This document shows positions 1-11,144 of a stretch of 24,713 bases of DNA, piece by piece. Numbering within the stretch: position 1 is the first letter of the stretch; each line of letters opens with the position of its first letter. Both the position numbers and the translations under genes were made by a program. The DNA lies in the IMG/VR virus record IMGVR_UViG_3300049139_000199, positions 1 to 24,713 of that record. One strand, given 5' to 3'. The notes below the pieces were generated by a model. That model saw nothing but the letters and a program-made list of their open reading frames with translations. It was not told the DNA's origin and ran no database searches. The DNA is from a virus. Its lineage: Duplodnaviria > Caudoviricetes.

Positions 1-351
1 CCGCTGCCCGCCGGCGCCACAGGGCTCGTGCTCGGTCGCATGCCGGACGGCCCGGACCGCGCGATCGCCCTGAACCCCTACCCCGTGGCCGACGACGACT
101 CCACCGACTCGGTCACGGGCATCCAGGCGCGCATGCGCACCGGCGCGGACATCACTGCGCTGGTCCAGCTGGCCAACGACGTCTTCAACGTCCTCCACAA
201 CCGTCGGGACTACCGGGTGCGCGGCGTGCAGGTGGAGGTCTCCTGGCGCAACTCGCAGGCCTGGATCGGCCAGGACTCCCGCGGCCGCATGGAGCTGACC
301 AGCAACTACTACTTCCGGACGGTCAGGTCCGGGATCCATCTGAACGACTGA
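1..351 (+). CDS. Tail terminator / minor capsid-like protein, 5'-truncated by the window edge
   Basis: Frame is open from base 1 to TGA at 349-351. It lies directly upstream of the major tail gene. The C-terminal 'GQDSRGRMELTSNYYF' pattern is typical of actinophage tail-completion proteins. Confidence 0.65.
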   Translation, partial: PLPAGATGLVLGRMPDGPDRAIALNPYPVADDDSTDSVTGIQARMRTGADITALVQLANDVFNVLHNRRDYRVRGVQVEVSWRNSQAWIGQDSRGRMELTSNYYFRTVRSGIHLND

Positions 352-361
352 GGAGGACCCT

Positions 362-835
362 GTGTCGACCCCCACGGAAGAGACCGAGCTCGCACGCGAG
401 TGGCGGCTTGAGATCAACATGGGCACGGATGAGGCCCCGGACTGGCAGCTCTGCCCCGGGGTCAGGGAGTTCCAGCCCGCGAGCGAGCCGAACATCGAAG
501 ACTCCAGCGACTACGACAGCGAAGGCTGGAACGGCAACGAGAAGACTGCCCAGAGCTGGGAGCTGTCGGTCACCATCCGCCGCAAGGCGAACAAGGCCGT
601 GAAGGTCTACCACCCGGTTCACGAGAAGATTCGCCTCGCGCACTTCGCGTACGGCGACGCCAACAAGATCCGCCTGCGGTACATGAACCGCGACGGTCTG
701 CCCGAGGCGTACCAGGGCAAGGCGATCCCGAACTGGCAGCCCGCCGGCGGAGAGCACACCGCGCTGGGCGAGGTCGAGATCACCTTCACCGGTGACGGCC
801 CGCTCACCCCGATCACCAACCCGCTGGCGCCCTGA
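362..835 (+). CDS. Major tail (tube) protein
   Basis: 157 aa acidic protein with a GAGGAGG RBS and GTG start. Its position before the chaperone and tape measure genes and its 'EVEITFTGDG' C-terminal motif fit a tail tube protein. Confidence 0.8.
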   Translation: MSTPTEETELAREWRLEINMGTDEAPDWQLCPGVREFQPASEPNIEDSSDYDSEGWNGNEKTAQSWELSVTIRRKANKAVKVYHPVHEKIRLAHFAYGDANKIRLRYMNRDGLPEAYQGKAIPNWQPAGGEHTALGEVEITFTGDGPLTPITNPLAP

Positions 836-1365
836 TGGCTGGCGGCAACTCCTTCGATGCGCTCGACGACTTCCTCGAGGAAGGTCTCGACCTGCCGGTG
901 CGTGGCAAGGACGGCCAAGTCCGGACCTACCACATCGCCGACCCCTCGGCCGAGGCAGGCGTCAAGATCGAGCGGATCACGTCGTACGCCGCCCGCCTGG
1001 CAGCAGGAGGGACCAGGCCCGGGACCAAGGTCCTCGACGACGACGAAGAGATCGACCTGTATCGGCTGTGCCTGGGGGACGCGTATGACCGGCTGATGGC
1101 CGAGCTCTCGTGGTCGATGTTCAAGCACGTGAGCCTCACGGCGATGTTCTGGGTCACCACCGACCGGGACACCGCCCTGGAGTACTGGCGCACCCGGCAG
1201 CACCCGGGAAAAGCGCCGAGGAACAGGGCGGAGCGACGGCAGGGGAGGCCCGATACCTCGGAGTCGGCCGAGGCGAGTACGACGAGGCAACCGGCCTCTG
1301 GGAGTGGTACGAGGGCGGGCTCCCGACGCAGAAGCGGTCGCGGTCGGGGGCGCTCAAGAACCTGA
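835..1365 (+). CDS. Tail assembly chaperone (gpG-like)
   Basis: Lies between the major tail and tape measure genes with a TGATG overlap, and contains the slippery heptamer G GGA AAA at 1206-1212. Confidence 0.85.
   Translation: MAGGNSFDALDDFLEEGLDLPVRGKDGQVRTYHIADPSAEAGVKIERITSYAARLAAGGTRPGTKVLDDDEEIDLYRLCLGDAYDRLMAELSWSMFKHVSLTAMFWVTTDRDTALEYWRTRQHPGKAPRNRAERRQGRPDTSESAEASTTRQPASGSGTRAGSRRRSGRGRGRSRT
1206..1212 (+). other. Programmed -1 ribosomal frameshift site (GGGAAAA)
   Basis: X XXY YYZ heptamer read as CCG GGA AAA (P-G-K) in the chaperone frame. The -1 frame stays open to 1577. Confidence 0.85.
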
Positions 1366-1577
1366 CCTGGGAGCGGCTGCTGGAGCAGTGGCCGCTCATC
1401 GAGGCCGACCTCCACGACGTCTACGGCATCGACGTCGAGGACGGCATCCTCCGCCGCCGGTCCTGGCGGTGGCTTCAGATCCGCATCTTCGGCCTGCTGT
1501 CAGCCGAGACCCGCCTGTATCGGCACTTCGCACCGCCTCCTGAGGACTCCAAGCACGCCCCCCGCCGAAGGAGGTAG
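1212..1577 (+). CDS. Frameshift extension of the tail assembly chaperone (gpGT-like; full product 835-1212 joined to 1212-1577)
   Basis: The -1 frame encodes 'WERLLEQWPLIEADLHDVYGIDV...SWRWLQIRIFGLLS', typical of actinophage gpT segments, and ends just before the tape measure start. Confidence 0.8.
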   Translation, partial: SAEEQGGATAGEARYLGVGRGEYDEATGLWEWYEGGLPTQKRSRSGALKNLTWERLLEQWPLIEADLHDVYGIDVEDGILRRRSWRWLQIRIFGLLSAETRLYRHFAPPPEDSKHAPRRRR

Positions 1578-1579
1578 CC

Positions 1580-4500
1580 GTGGCGCTGACCGTCGGCGAG
1601 CTCAACGCCATCCTGTCCGTCGACGACCGTGCGGTGGACCCCGCCCTGCGCCGTGCCGAGATCGCCGTGCGCTCCTCCGGGCAGCGCATGGGCGACGAGG
1701 CCGAACGGGCAGGGCAGGACGCGGGCGAGGAACTCGGAGAGGGCATCGTCCGCGGTGTCGACGGGCGCTTGCGCAACGCGCGCGGGCAGTTCGTCGCCGC
1801 CGGCCGCCGCGGTGGTGACGCTGTCGGCGAGGGCCTGACCGACGGAGCGGCCGACGGAGCGGACCAGGCGGTCGAGCAGACCACGTCCCGCATGGACCGT
1901 CTGAAGATGGCCGCCGCGGGCGTCGGCCTGGCTGCCGGCGCCCTGCTGATGGACTCCTTCGCGCAGGCGATGGAGCAGTCTCAGATCTCCGGCCGCCTCG
2001 CCGCCCAGCTCGGGGCGACGCCGGCGGAGGCACAGCGGTACGGCAAGATCGCGGGTCAGCTGTACTCCGAGGCGGTCACGGCCGACTTCCAGACGGCCGC
2101 CGACACGATCAGCGCGGTCATGCGCGCGGGCATCGCCCCGCCGGATGCGACGGAGGCGCAGCTCAAACGGATCTCCACGCAGGTCAGCGACCTGGCGACC
2201 ACGTTCGATTTGGACCTCGGCCAGGCCGCGAACGCCGTGGGCCAGACCCTGAAGACTGGGCTGGCGAAGAACGGCACCGAGGCGGTTGACGCCCTCACCG
2301 CAGGCCTCCAGCGGATGGGCCCGCGCGCGGACGACATCGCCGACACATTCAACGAGTACTCGACGATCTTCCGCAACCTCGGGTTGGACGTCACCACGAC
2401 CACCGGCCTGCTCACCCAGGGCATGGCCGCGGGCGCTAGGGACACGGACGTGGTCGCCGACGCGCTCAAGGAACTGACCCTGATCACTCAGGGCGGCGGC
2501 AAGGCCGTGGATGAGGCGTTCGGCAAGATCGGCCTGTCCGGCAAGAAGATGCAGGCCGCGTTGTCGGAGGGCGGTCCGGCTGCCCGCAAGGGCCTGGACC
2601 AGATCTTCGACGGGCTCCGCAAAGTGAAGGACCCTGCCGACCGGGCGCAGATCGCCCTCGCCTTGTTCGGTACGAAGGCCGAGGACACCCAGAAGGCGTT
2701 GTTCGCCCTCGACCCGTCGAAGGCGGCCGACGCGCTCGGCAAGGTCGGCGGCAAGGCCGACGAGATGGGCAACAAGCTGCGGGACAACTCCGGCGCCAAG
2801 CTGGAGGCCTTCAAGCGGGGCCTGCAGCAGAACCTGATCGAGTTCCTCGGCGGGGAGGTCGTCCCCCGGCTTCAGGGCCTGTTCTCCTTCATGGGCGACA
2901 ACAAGGGCCTTGTCATCGGCCTGGCCGGGGCGATCATCGCGCTGGGCGCCGCCTTCTCCATCGCCTCGATCGGCGTGTGGGCGATGAACAGCGCGATGCT
3001 GGCGAACCCGATGTTCTGGATCATCGCCGGGATCGTGGCCGGGCTCGCCGGCTTGGTCCTGCTGGTCGTCACCTACTGGGACGACATCACTTCGGCCACA
3101 GGCACGGCCTGGGACTGGGTGGTCGGCAAGGTCACCGGGGCGAAGAACCTGATCCTCGCCGCGATCGGGTACCTCGGCACGATCCCGGGCAAGGTCAGCG
3201 CGTGGTTTGGGCAGGCGAAGGACTGGGCGATCGCCAAGCTGACTGCGCTGGTGGTGTGGCTGACCGGGCTGCCTGGCCGCACGGCGAACGCGATCGCCAG
3301 CATGGCGTCGAAGCTGTCCGCGCGTGCGTCCGCCGCCTGGCAGGCCTTCCAGGTCGCCACGGCGAAGAAGGTCGTCGCCTTCATCAGCTACGTCCGCGGC
3401 CTCCCCGGCAAGATTTCTGCCGGGATCGGCTCCTTGAATCGTCTGCTGGTCAGCAAGGGCGTGGCCGTCGTTCAGGGCCTGTGGTCCGGTATCCAGTCGA
3501 TGGGCGGCTGGATCAAGTCCAAGATCCTCGGCTGGGCGCGTTCGACGATCCCAGGCCCGATCGCCAAGGCCCTCGGCATCGCCTCACCGTCCAAGGTCAC
3601 GAAGGCGCAGGGCCGTTGGATCGCCCGCGGTCTCGTCGACGGTCTCACCGGCTCGTCGAAGCAGGTCAAGGCCGCCTCCACGAAGCTCGCCGACATCGTC
3701 CGCGACAGCATGAAGCCGGGCAAGAAGCGGTCCAAGGCGCTCGGCGTGATCTCCTCCGGCACGAAGCGGCTTCTGCAACTCGCGGGCCAGGAGGAGAAAC
3801 TGGCCTCGCGGATGAAAGCCGCGACGAAGCGGCTCGCCGACCAGATCAAGGCCCGCGACAAGCTCGCGGCCGACGTGAAGAAGGGCGTGCTGGAGGGCGC
3901 CGACGTCACCAAGCAGGACGCCGGTGGCTGGCCGCAGACCGCCGAGACGATCCTCGCCGGGCTGAAGCTGGACCGGGCGGCGGCCGAGACGTTCGCGAAG
4001 AACCTCGCGATGCTGCGGAAGAAGGGCGTCTCGGCCGATCTGATCGCGCAGATCGCCCAGGCCGGGGTGGAGCAGGGCTCGTCGGCCGCTGCTGCTCTGG
4101 CCAACGCCAACTCGGCGCAGATCAAGCAGATCAACCAGGAGCAGAAGTTGCTGGTGTCGGCTGCGGGTTCTGCTGGGTCGGCCGCGGGCAACGCGATGTA
4201 CGGGGCCGGTATCGCCGCGGGGCAGGGCCTGGTGAAGGGCCTGCAGAACCAGCAGAAGGCGATCGAACGGCAGATGCTGAAGATCGCCAAGGGCATGTCC
4301 AAGAGCATCCGGAAGGCGCTCGGGATCAAGAGCCCGAGCCGGGTCATGGCGCTGGTCGGCCAGTACACCGCGCAGGGCCTCATCCGTGGCGTGGAAGGCC
4401 AGCGCACGGCTGTGAACCGGTCGATGGCCTCCCTGGTGGAGACGCCGGCGCCGGGCTCGTGGGACATGGCCAGCGCGCGGGCCCGCGCGGCCGCGTCGCA

Positions 4501-4633
4501 GAAGGTAGTGCTGGAGCTCCGCTCGTCAGGCCGGGCCGAGGACGACTACCTGATGGAGCGGATGCGGCGCGGCATCCGGAAGAAGGGCGGAGGCGATGCC
4601 TCCCTCGTGCTGACGGGACGGAGGTCTAGCTGA
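1580..4633 (+). CDS. Tape measure protein
   Basis: 1017 aa, Ala/Gly-rich and helical, with a GGAGG RBS. It has a phage TMP core ('DTFNEYS...[14 protein letters not shown]'), a hydrophobic middle segment, Trp-spaced repeats and two 'ALGIxSPSxV' motifs. Confidence 0.95.
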   Translation: MALTVGELNAILSVDDRAVDPALRRAEIAVRSSGQRMGDEAERAGQDAGEELGEGIVRGVDGRLRNARGQFVAAGRRGGDAVGEGLTDGAADGADQAVEQTTSRMDRLKMAAAGVGLAAGALLMDSFAQAMEQSQISGRLAAQLGATPAEAQRYGKIAGQLYSEAVTADFQTAADTISAVMRAGIAPPDATEAQLKRISTQVSDLATTFDLDLGQAANAVGQTLKTGLAKNGTEAVDALTAGLQRMGPRADDIADTFNEYSTIFRNLGLDVTTTTGLLTQGMAAGARDTDVVADALKELTLITQGGGKAVDEAFGKIGLSGKKMQAALSEGGPAARKGLDQIFDGLRKVKDPADRAQIALALFGTKAEDTQKALFALDPSKAADALGKVGGKADEMGNKLRDNSGAKLEAFKRGLQQNLIEFLGGEVVPRLQGLFSFMGDNKGLVIGLAGAIIALGAAFSIASIGVWAMNSAMLANPMFWIIAGIVAGLAGLVLLVVTYWDDITSATGTAWDWVVGKVTGAKNLILAAIGYLGTIPGKVSAWFGQAKDWAIAKLTALVVWLTGLPGRTANAIASMASKLSARASAAWQAFQVATAKKVVAFISYVRGLPGKISAGIGSLNRLLVSKGVAVVQGLWSGIQSMGGWIKSKILGWARSTIPGPIAKALGIASPSKVTKAQGRWIARGLVDGLTGSSKQVKAASTKLADIVRDSMKPGKKRSKALGVISSGTKRLLQLAGQEEKLASRMKAATKRLADQIKARDKLAADVKKGVLEGADVTKQDAGGWPQTAETILAGLKLDRAAAETFAKNLAMLRKKGVSADLIAQIAQAGVEQGSSAAAALANANSAQIKQINQEQKLLVSAAGSAGSAAGNAMYGAGIAAGQGLVKGLQNQQKAIERQMLKIAKGMSKSIRKALGIKSPSRVMALVGQYTAQGLIRGVEGQRTAVNRSMASLVETPAPGSWDMASARARAAASQKVVLELRSSGRAEDDYLMERMRRGIRKKGGGDASLVLTGRRSS

Positions 4634-7600
4634 TGGCGTTCCCCGAGGACCCGCTCGGCACCCAGGTGGAGTTCCAGATCGGGGGCGTATGGACCGATGT
4701 CACGCAGCACGCGCAGCTGCGGGACCTCATCACGCACAAGCGCGGGCGTTCGGGCGAGGGGCAGGCGGTCGACCCGGCCTCCTGCTCCCTCACACTCAAG
4801 AGCCCGGGCGGGCTGTACTCGTGGCGCAATCCGCGCTCGCCGTACTTCGGGAAGCTGGGCCCGAACACACCGATGCGCGTGTCCGTCCACACGGGCGACC
4901 GGTATCTGTGGCTGCCGGACACCGCGGGCAACGGGGCCTCCACACCGGACGTCGCAGCCCTCGACATCGTCGGCGACCTCGACATCCGGATCGACTGCAC
5001 CCTCGACCGCTGGCCCGCGACCAGCGTGCTGCGTGAGCTGTGCAGCAAGTACGGCGTCACCGGCAACCAGAGGAGTTGGGCGCTGTTCACCTCGACCGCC
5101 GGGAAGATCACTTTCCGGTGGACTACCGACGGCACCACCATCCAGCAGCACGACTCCACCGCCCCGCTCCCGGTGCTCCCCGGCGGGCGGCTCGCCCTCC
5201 GCGTCACCCTCGACGTGGACAACGGAGCCAGCGGCCACACGGTCACCTACTACACCGCGCCCACCATCGCAGGCCCCTGGACGCAGCTCGGCACGCCGGT
5301 CGTCAACTCCGGGATCACGAGCGTGTTCTCCTCGACCGCACCGGTCGTCGTCGGCGACACCGTCGAGCTGGGCTTCGAGCGGCCCGTCGGCCGGGTCCAC
5401 GGCTTCGAGCTGCGGTCCGGCATCAACGGCACACCAGTCGCCGCCCCGGACTTCTCGCTGCCTGCGGCGGCCGCCGCGAGCTTCGTCGACGCCGCGGGCC
5501 GCACATGGACGCCCGCCGGCGGCGCGGAGATCACCAACCGACAGGTCCGCTTCAGCGGCGAATACTCCGACTGGCCAGCCCGATGGAGCGGCGGCGGGCA
5601 CCTCATCCTCGTCGAGGGCGAGGGCGCGGGCATCCTCCGCCGCCTCAACCAGGGCAAGAAGCTGTTGCAGAGCACGTTGCGGCGGCGCATCCCGTCGGAC
5701 TCCACGCTGATCGCGTACTGGCCGATGGAGGACGAGACCGCGGCCACCCAGGCCTACAGCCCGGTGCCCGGCGTGAAGCCAATGAAGCTGACCGGCTTCG
5801 ACATGGCGGCGGACGACTCGCTGGGCGGCTCGTCGGCGCTGCCCGTCCTCCAGCCTGGGGGATCCCTCTCGGCGAGCGTGCCGCCGCCAGCATCGGGCGC
5901 CGGCCCCTGGCACGTCGAGCTGGTGAACCTGATCCCGGCCGCGCCCGTCGCCCAGGCCGTGCTGTACGAGATCGTGTGCTCTGGCACGGGCAACCGCTAC
6001 CGGGTCCGCGTGCAGACCAACTCAGTGCAGCTCCAGGTCCTCGACGCGGACGACAACCAGCTGCTCCTCACGTCCACCACGGCCGGGTCCAGCCCGAGCT
6101 TCTTCGGCAACTGGAACCGCGTCAGGATCTTCGCCCGCCAGAACGGCGCCAACGTGGACGTGGACCTGGGGTGGTTGAACGCTGCGAACAGCAGTGGCGG
6201 TCACTTCCACACCGGTAGCTTCGTCGGCACGGTCGGCCGGGTCACCTCGATCCGGTCATCGTTCGGTGCCGGCTTGGAAGGCACGGCGATCGGCCACCTG
6301 GCCGTGTTCCAGGCGAACAACACCGCCGTGTTCAACGACGCCGACAATGGGTTCGGTGGTGAGCTGGCCGCAGCGCGGCTGACCCGGCTCGCCGCCGAGG
6401 AGTCCCTGTCGCTCGTCATCACCGGCGACACGGCAGAGACGGCCGCTATGGGTGCCCAGCGCCCGGCGACACTGCTGGAACAGCTGGAGCAGTGCGAGCA
6501 GGCCGACGGCGGCATCCTCATCGAGGACCGCTCCAGGCTGGGCCTGCGCTACCGGACCCGTGCCTCGCTGTACAACCAGACGCCGAAGGTGACCCTGTCG
6601 TACGGGTCGAAGGGCCTGGGTGCGCTGGAGCCGGTCGACGACGACTCCAACCTGCGCAACGACATCACCGTGGAGAGGGTGGGCGGCTCGTCGGGCCGGG
6701 CGGAACTCATCAGCGGCCGCCTGTCTGTGCTGGGCCCGCCCAACGGCGTGGGACGGTACGACGACAGCATCACCCTCAACCTGCACACGGACGATCAGAC
6801 CGAGCCCATGGCGTACTGGCTGATGCACCTGGGCACGGTCGACGAGGCCCGCTACCCGGTCCTCACGATCCGGCTACACAGGGCCCCGGAACTGATTCCG
6901 ACCGTCCTCGACATGACTGAGGGCGACCTGATCCGCATCGTCGATCTGCCGGACTTCCTGCCCCCGGGGCCGGTGGACCTGATCGTGCAGGGCCTGGATC
7001 CCGAGCGGATTGGGGTGCGCACGTGGGAGGTCAGCTTCGTGTGCGCCCCGGGCTCGCCGTGGCGCGTCGGCGTCGTGGAAGACCCCGTGCTCGGCCGGGT
7101 CGACACCGACGGCAGCCAACTGGTCGCCGCGGTCGACGAGGACGACGTCGCACTGACCGTGCGGGCCACGGACGGTATCCCGTGGGTCACCACCCTGCCG
7201 ACGCTGACCGCCAACCCGTACGTGGAGACGGACTTGGCGGGCTGGTTCGGCAACGGCGGCACTCTGGAACGGGTGGAGGCACCCACGCCGAAGCCCTTCG
7301 AGGGCGCCTGGGCGATGCGCTTCGTCCCGGACGGGGTGGCGCAGTTCCCCAACGCGGGGAGCTCCACGGTGCCGGTCGTGGCCGGCCAGCAGTACGTCAT
7401 CTCCGGCTGGCTGCGCTGCGCCACCAGCAGGACGGTCAACCTGAACCTGAACTGGTTCCAGACGGGGGGCGTGTACCTGTCGACCAGCGCTTCCGGCCTG
7501 GCCGTCGCGGCCAACACCTGGACGTGGTTCGAGCTGACCGCGACCGCCCCGGTCGGTGCACTCACCGCGAACGCGGCCCCGACCGTGGCCAACTTCCCCC

Positions 7601-8427
7601 CGGCCACGGACGTGCTGTGGGTCCACGGGGCGACGATCCGCCCGGCCGGAGGCAAGCCGCAGGAGTTCCCGTTCGACGCCCAGATCGGCGGCGAAATCGT
7701 CACCGTCGACGCCATCACCGACGCCGTCCACGACGCCTTCGGCCGCACGGTGGCCGCCGGCGGCTGGGGCCAGGCGGACTCGGGGCAGGCCTGGACCGTC
7801 GCACCGGCCGCAGACCACAGCGTCGGCGGCGGCTACGGGGTGGCGGCGCAGCCGAGTACGGGCATCGCCCACCTCGCCCTGGTGCCGGCGCCGAGTGCCG
7901 ATGTGGATCTGTACGCCGACGTCGCGACGTCGGCTCTGGCCACGGGGGCATCCCTGTTCACCGGTCCCGTCGCCCGCGCGTCGGACAACAACAACCTGTA
8001 CCAGGCGCGAGTCGAAGCGACCACGGCCGCGGGTCTCGTGCTGACCGTCCGGAAAAGAGTCGCGGGCACGGAGACCCAGCTCGCCACGTACACGAGCACG
8101 CTCACCCACGTCGCGGGGACCTTCTACCGGGTGCGGCTCCAAGTCATCGGAACCGCCCTGAAGGCCAAGATCTGGCTCGCCTCCGACCGTGAGCCGGACC
8201 TGTGGCAGATCGAAGTGACCGACACGTCGCTGACGGCGGCCGCCAGCGTCGGAGTGCGGTCGTTCCGGAACACCGGCAACACCAGCACGGTGGAGATGCG
8301 CTTCGACAACTTCCGCATCGTCAACCCTCAGGTGTGGACGGTGCGCCGGAGCCGCAACGGCGTCGTCAAGGCCCAGGCCGTGAACACGGACGTCCGGCTC
8401 GCCACCCCCACCATCGTCGCCCTGTAG
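4633..8427 (+). CDS. Large minor tail / baseplate protein with LamG-like and carbohydrate-binding-like beta domains
   Basis: 1264 aa, directly after the tape measure gene, rich in beta-strand-type Thr/Gly/Trp. 'AYWPMED' is a LamG-like start. '[11 protein letters not shown]...[14 protein letters not shown]...ANTWT' is a CBM4/9-like pattern. Confidence 0.8.
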   Translation: MAFPEDPLGTQVEFQIGGVWTDVTQHAQLRDLITHKRGRSGEGQAVDPASCSLTLKSPGGLYSWRNPRSPYFGKLGPNTPMRVSVHTGDRYLWLPDTAGNGASTPDVAALDIVGDLDIRIDCTLDRWPATSVLRELCSKYGVTGNQRSWALFTSTAGKITFRWTTDGTTIQQHDSTAPLPVLPGGRLALRVTLDVDNGASGHTVTYYTAPTIAGPWTQLGTPVVNSGITSVFSSTAPVVVGDTVELGFERPVGRVHGFELRSGINGTPVAAPDFSLPAAAAASFVDAAGRTWTPAGGAEITNRQVRFSGEYSDWPARWSGGGHLILVEGEGAGILRRLNQGKKLLQSTLRRRIPSDSTLIAYWPMEDETAATQAYSPVPGVKPMKLTGFDMAADDSLGGSSALPVLQPGGSLSASVPPPASGAGPWHVELVNLIPAAPVAQAVLYEIVCSGTGNRYRVRVQTNSVQLQVLDADDNQLLLTSTTAGSSPSFFGNWNRVRIFARQNGANVDVDLGWLNAANSSGGHFHTGSFVGTVGRVTSIRSSFGAGLEGTAIGHLAVFQANNTAVFNDADNGFGGELAAARLTRLAAEESLSLVITGDTAETAAMGAQRPATLLEQLEQCEQADGGILIEDRSRLGLRYRTRASLYNQTPKVTLSYGSKGLGALEPVDDDSNLRNDITVERVGGSSGRAELISGRLSVLGPPNGVGRYDDSITLNLHTDDQTEPMAYWLMHLGTVDEARYPVLTIRLHRAPELIPTVLDMTEGDLIRIVDLPDFLPPGPVDLIVQGLDPERIGVRTWEVSFVCAPGSPWRVGVVEDPVLGRVDTDGSQLVAAVDEDDVALTVRATDGIPWVTTLPTLTANPYVETDLAGWFGNGGTLERVEAPTPKPFEGAWAMRFVPDGVAQFPNAGSSTVPVVAGQQYVISGWLRCATSRTVNLNLNWFQTGGVYLSTSASGLAVAANTWTWFELTATAPVGALTANAAPTVANFPPATDVLWVHGATIRPAGGKPQEFPFDAQIGGEIVTVDAITDAVHDAFGRTVAAGGWGQADSGQAWTVAPAADHSVGGGYGVAAQPSTGIAHLALVPAPSADVDLYADVATSALATGASLFTGPVARASDNNNLYQARVEATTAAGLVLTVRKRVAGTETQLATYTSTLTHVAGTFYRVRLQVIGTALKAKIWLASDREPDLWQIEVTDTSLTAAASVGVRSFRNTGNTSTVEMRFDNFRIVNPQVWTVRRSRNGVVKAQAVNTDVRLATPTIVAL

Positions 8428-8439
8428 AGGAGGACCCCC

Positions 8440-8979
8440 GTGCCGTACGAGCCGTGGCAGCCCGGACTGCGGATCACCGCGGGACGACTGCGGTCGATCT
8501 CGCCGACCTGGCAGGACTGGACCCCGGTGTGGACCACGAGCACCGGGGTGAACACCCCCTCGTTCGGGAACGCGGTCCTCGCCTGCCGCTACGCCCTGTC
8601 CGCCACCAGCTGCTACGGCACGTTCGACATCGTGTTCGGCAGCACCACGAACTTCGGTGGTGGTGGGGGCAGCGACAACTGGCGGTTCTCCCTCCCGGTG
8701 CCAGCTGCTTCCGCTGTGGCTGCGATCGGCTTCGCTGAGCTGAACAAGTCCACCAGTAAGCGGCATGTGGCCAGGATGCGGCTGACCAGCACGAGCGTGT
8801 TCGAGCTGGAGTTGAACTCGGGCGCGCCCGACGGGCTGGACACGACGGCGGACGGTGCCACGGGCGGCGGCAAGGGCCTCATCGACGCAGTCTCGCCCTG
8901 GTCGAGTGGTGTCGCCGGTACGACGTGGGCCTCCGGCTACGCGATCCGCGGAACGTTCCAGTACGAGACCGCCAGCTGA
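8440..8979 (+). CDS. Minor tail / tail-fibre-associated protein
   Basis: 179 aa with a GAGGAGG RBS. 'WQDWTPVWT...GNAVLACRY...FSLPV' is a common phage tail-tip beta domain pattern. Confidence 0.65.
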   Translation: MPYEPWQPGLRITAGRLRSISPTWQDWTPVWTTSTGVNTPSFGNAVLACRYALSATSCYGTFDIVFGSTTNFGGGGGSDNWRFSLPVPAASAVAAIGFAELNKSTSKRHVARMRLTSTSVFELELNSGAPDGLDTTADGATGGGKGLIDAVSPWSSGVAGTTWASGYAIRGTFQYETAS

Positions 8980-8995
8980 CCCACGCACATCCACA

Positions 8996-9024
8996 GCCCC
9001 GAGCCACCCGGCCGGGGCCTTTCT
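8996..9024 (+). terminator. Putative terminator / hairpin between the tail and lysis modules
   Basis: GCCCCG(8996-9001)...CGGGGC(9013-9018) stem followed by CTTTCT. Confidence 0.4.
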
Positions 9025-9040
9025 CATGTCTGGAGGCCCC

Positions 9041-9901
9041 ATGGCCTGGTACAGCAGCGCCGTCCGGCTGGAGCTGCAACCGGAATCGAGAGACCAGCAG
9101 GCAATCCGGCCCACGCAGATGATCCTCCACAGCATCGTTGCGCCCTGGGACGAGAACCGCCTGTACGCGTACTGGCGGGACTCGACGTCGCTGGAGTCCC
9201 ACTTCGGGCTCGACTTCGACGGCAGCCTCGGCCAGTACCTGTCGTCGACGACCCGTGCCGACGCCAACTACCAGGCCAACCGCAGAGCCGACGGCTCCGG
9301 CGCCATCAGCGTGGAGACCGCGTCCAACACCAAGGCCTCGGACCCGTGGACGGACGAACAGCTCGACGTCCTGGCCGACCTCAGCGTCTGGGCACACCGC
9401 ACCCACGGCATCCAGCTGCGCGCCTGCCGCAGCGGCAGCGACTCCGGCTACGGCATTCACCGCATGTACCCGCAGTGGTCGCCGTCCGGGACCGACTGCC
9501 CGGGCGACAAGCGCGCCCAGCAGTTCCGCGCCGAGCTGCTGCCCGAGATCATCAAGCGGGCCGGGAAGCCCGCAGCGCCGCCGGCGGGCGGCACGAAGAC
9601 GCCGGTGGTCTCCCTCGCTCACATTCAGTCGGCACAGCGCCGCGACCCGGGCCTGCCCCAGGGCGGGACCACCTACAAGGCGGAGGGCCTGGTCGTCGAA
9701 ACCGCGCTGTACCGCGAAGGACTGCTGGCGAAGCGCTGGATCGACGGCAGCCTCGGCTCCCGCACCCGGCCAGCCGTCTCCGAGTGGCAGGAGAAATGCG
9801 GCTACCGCGGCCGGCGGCCCGGCGAGCCCGCGGACGGCCACTTCGGCAGGGACACCCTGACCCGCCTGGGCCAGAAGCACGGCTTCCGCGTAACCGCCTG
9901 A
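9041..9901 (+). CDS. Endolysin: N-acetylmuramoyl-L-alanine amidase with C-terminal cell-wall-binding domain
   Basis: ATG at 9041 follows GGAGG, giving 286 aa. Amidase_2 zinc motifs 'ILHS', 'SHF', 'ISVET' and 'GIHR...TDCPG' are present, then a Pro/Ala linker and a PG-binding-like C-terminus ('DGSLGSRT...WQEK...ADGHFG'). Confidence 0.9.
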   Translation: MAWYSSAVRLELQPESRDQQAIRPTQMILHSIVAPWDENRLYAYWRDSTSLESHFGLDFDGSLGQYLSSTTRADANYQANRRADGSGAISVETASNTKASDPWTDEQLDVLADLSVWAHRTHGIQLRACRSGSDSGYGIHRMYPQWSPSGTDCPGDKRAQQFRAELLPEIIKRAGKPAAPPAGGTKTPVVSLAHIQSAQRRDPGLPQGGTTYKAEGLVVETALYREGLLAKRWIDGSLGSRTRPAVSEWQEKCGYRGRRPGEPADGHFGRDTLTRLGQKHGFRVTA

Positions 9902-9957
9902 CGTCCAACCCTCAACCAGCTGCGCCAGGTGGCCCAGCCCGTCTGAATCGAGAACTC

Positions 9958-10329
9958 ATGCGCATCTTCGGCCGCGAGCCCGCAACGATCCTCGCGTTCA
10001 TCGCCCTCACCCTGAAGCTGGGCGCCGCCTACGGCCTCGGCGTCACCGCCGACCAGCAGGCGCTCATCATGGCGTTCCTCGCCTGCGTCGTCGCGGTCGC
10101 CGAGGCGCTCATCCTCCGGACCGGCGCCGCCTTCGCCGCACTCGTCAACCTCGGCCACGGCGCCCTCGCGCTCTTCCTCGGCTTCGGTCTGGAGATGAGC
10201 GCGGAGACGCAGGCCCTGTGGATGCTGCTCATCGAGGGCAGCCTCGCCTTGGTCGTGATCCGCCCGCAGGTGACAGCCCCCATCGCGGCGATGAAGCTGG
10301 AGCAGTCCAGCGTCGTCAAGGCGGCATAG
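9958..10329 (+). CDS. Holin-like membrane protein
   Basis: 123 aa from ATG 9958 ('MRIFGREPA...RPQVTAP') with about 4 hydrophobic segments, directly after the endolysin. Confidence 0.7.
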   Translation: MRIFGREPATILAFIALTLKLGAAYGLGVTADQQALIMAFLACVVAVAEALILRTGAAFAALVNLGHGALALFLGFGLEMSAETQALWMLLIEGSLALVVIRPQVTAPIAAMKLEQSSVVKAA

Positions 10330-10779
10330 GTGCAGTGCCGGGCGGCCCGGTGGCTCGGCCAGCACCTGGGCCGCCGCGGCAGGGCCCTCCTCATCCTCGG
10401 CATCGGCAAGATCTGCTGGGGCGCCGGCTTCATCACCCACCCCCCACCGGACGACCGCGGCCTGGAACTGCTGACCCGCATGTGCCCGCTGTCGTCCTGG
10501 GCCTGGCTCTGGATCGTCTGCGGCATCACCTGCTGCTTCTCCGCGTTCCTGCGCGTAGGCCGCGACCGGTGGGGATTCGTCGCCGCGCTCATCCCTCCCA
10601 CTGTGTGGGCCACCGCCTACGCCGTGTCGTTCGCAGCCGGGGTCTACTACCCGCGGGGCGTGTTCCTGTTCATCTGGTACGCCACCTCTCACGTGGCATT
10701 CATCGTGTGGGCCTCGCGCGTCCCGGAGGAGGCGCCCAGCACTACTGCTCGCCGGGGGGCTGAGGGGAGACCCGGGTGA
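10330..10779 (+). CDS. Membrane protein of the lysis cassette
   Basis: 149 aa with about 4 hydrophobic Trp-rich segments. It abuts the upstream stop codon. Confidence 0.7.
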   Translation: MQCRAARWLGQHLGRRGRALLILGIGKICWGAGFITHPPPDDRGLELLTRMCPLSSWAWLWIVCGITCCFSAFLRVGRDRWGFVAALIPPTVWATAYAVSFAAGVYYPRGVFLFIWYATSHVAFIVWASRVPEEAPSTTARRGAEGRPG

Positions 10780-11105
10780 GCACACTGGCGAGCATCATCG
10801 GCGCAGTCGCTGCGGTTCTGTCGGCTGTGGCGGCCGGGTGGTTCGCTCTCCGTGGGTCCCGTGCGGCAGCCCGAATCTCAACAGGCCCCGCTTCCAAGCA
10901 GGTCGACCTGTCCGTGCTTCAGGCGTCCGTGGAGCGGTTGGAGAAAGAGTGCGGCGAGCTCCGCCAGGAGCACACCCGCACGCGAAGTGTGCTGTGGTCG
11001 ATCAGCCGGTGGGCACTCCTTCTGCGGGATCAGGTGACCGTCCTGGGCGGCACTCCTGTCGAGCCGCCGGACGACGTGGAGAACTACTACCGAAGTGGAG
11101 TCTGA
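10776..11105 (+). CDS. Single-TM coiled-coil membrane protein (lysis-associated)
   Basis: N-terminal hydrophobic helix followed by heptad-like 'LQASVERLEKECGELRQE'. GTGA overlap with the upstream gene. Confidence 0.7.
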   Translation: MSTLASIIGAVAAVLSAVAAGWFALRGSRAAARISTGPASKQVDLSVLQASVERLEKECGELRQEHTRTRSVLWSISRWALLLRDQVTVLGGTPVEPPDDVENYYRSGV

Positions 11106-11106
11106 G

Positions 11107-11140
11107 ATGGCCCCCATCGCCTCCGGGCGGTGGGGGCCGT
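11107..11140. terminator. Bidirectional intrinsic terminator
   Basis: 15-bp stem ATGGCCCCCATCGCC / GGCGGTGGGGGCCGT with a TCCG loop, between the convergent late operon and the HAD gene. Confidence 0.85.
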
Positions 11141-11144
11141 TTCG

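Noticed and set aside
3566-4392. Duplicated ALGIxSPSxV motif in the tape measure protein
   Set aside because: The repeat is real but is a common feature of actinophage tape measure C-termini.
6874-9267. 797-aa minus-strand ORF and other long antisense or alternate-frame ORFs (e.g. 2977-4629, 4546-5913, 21142-22377)
   Set aside because: These are shadow ORFs of high-GC coding DNA. They overlap well-supported genes, are Arg/Gly/Pro-biased and show no recognisable motifs.
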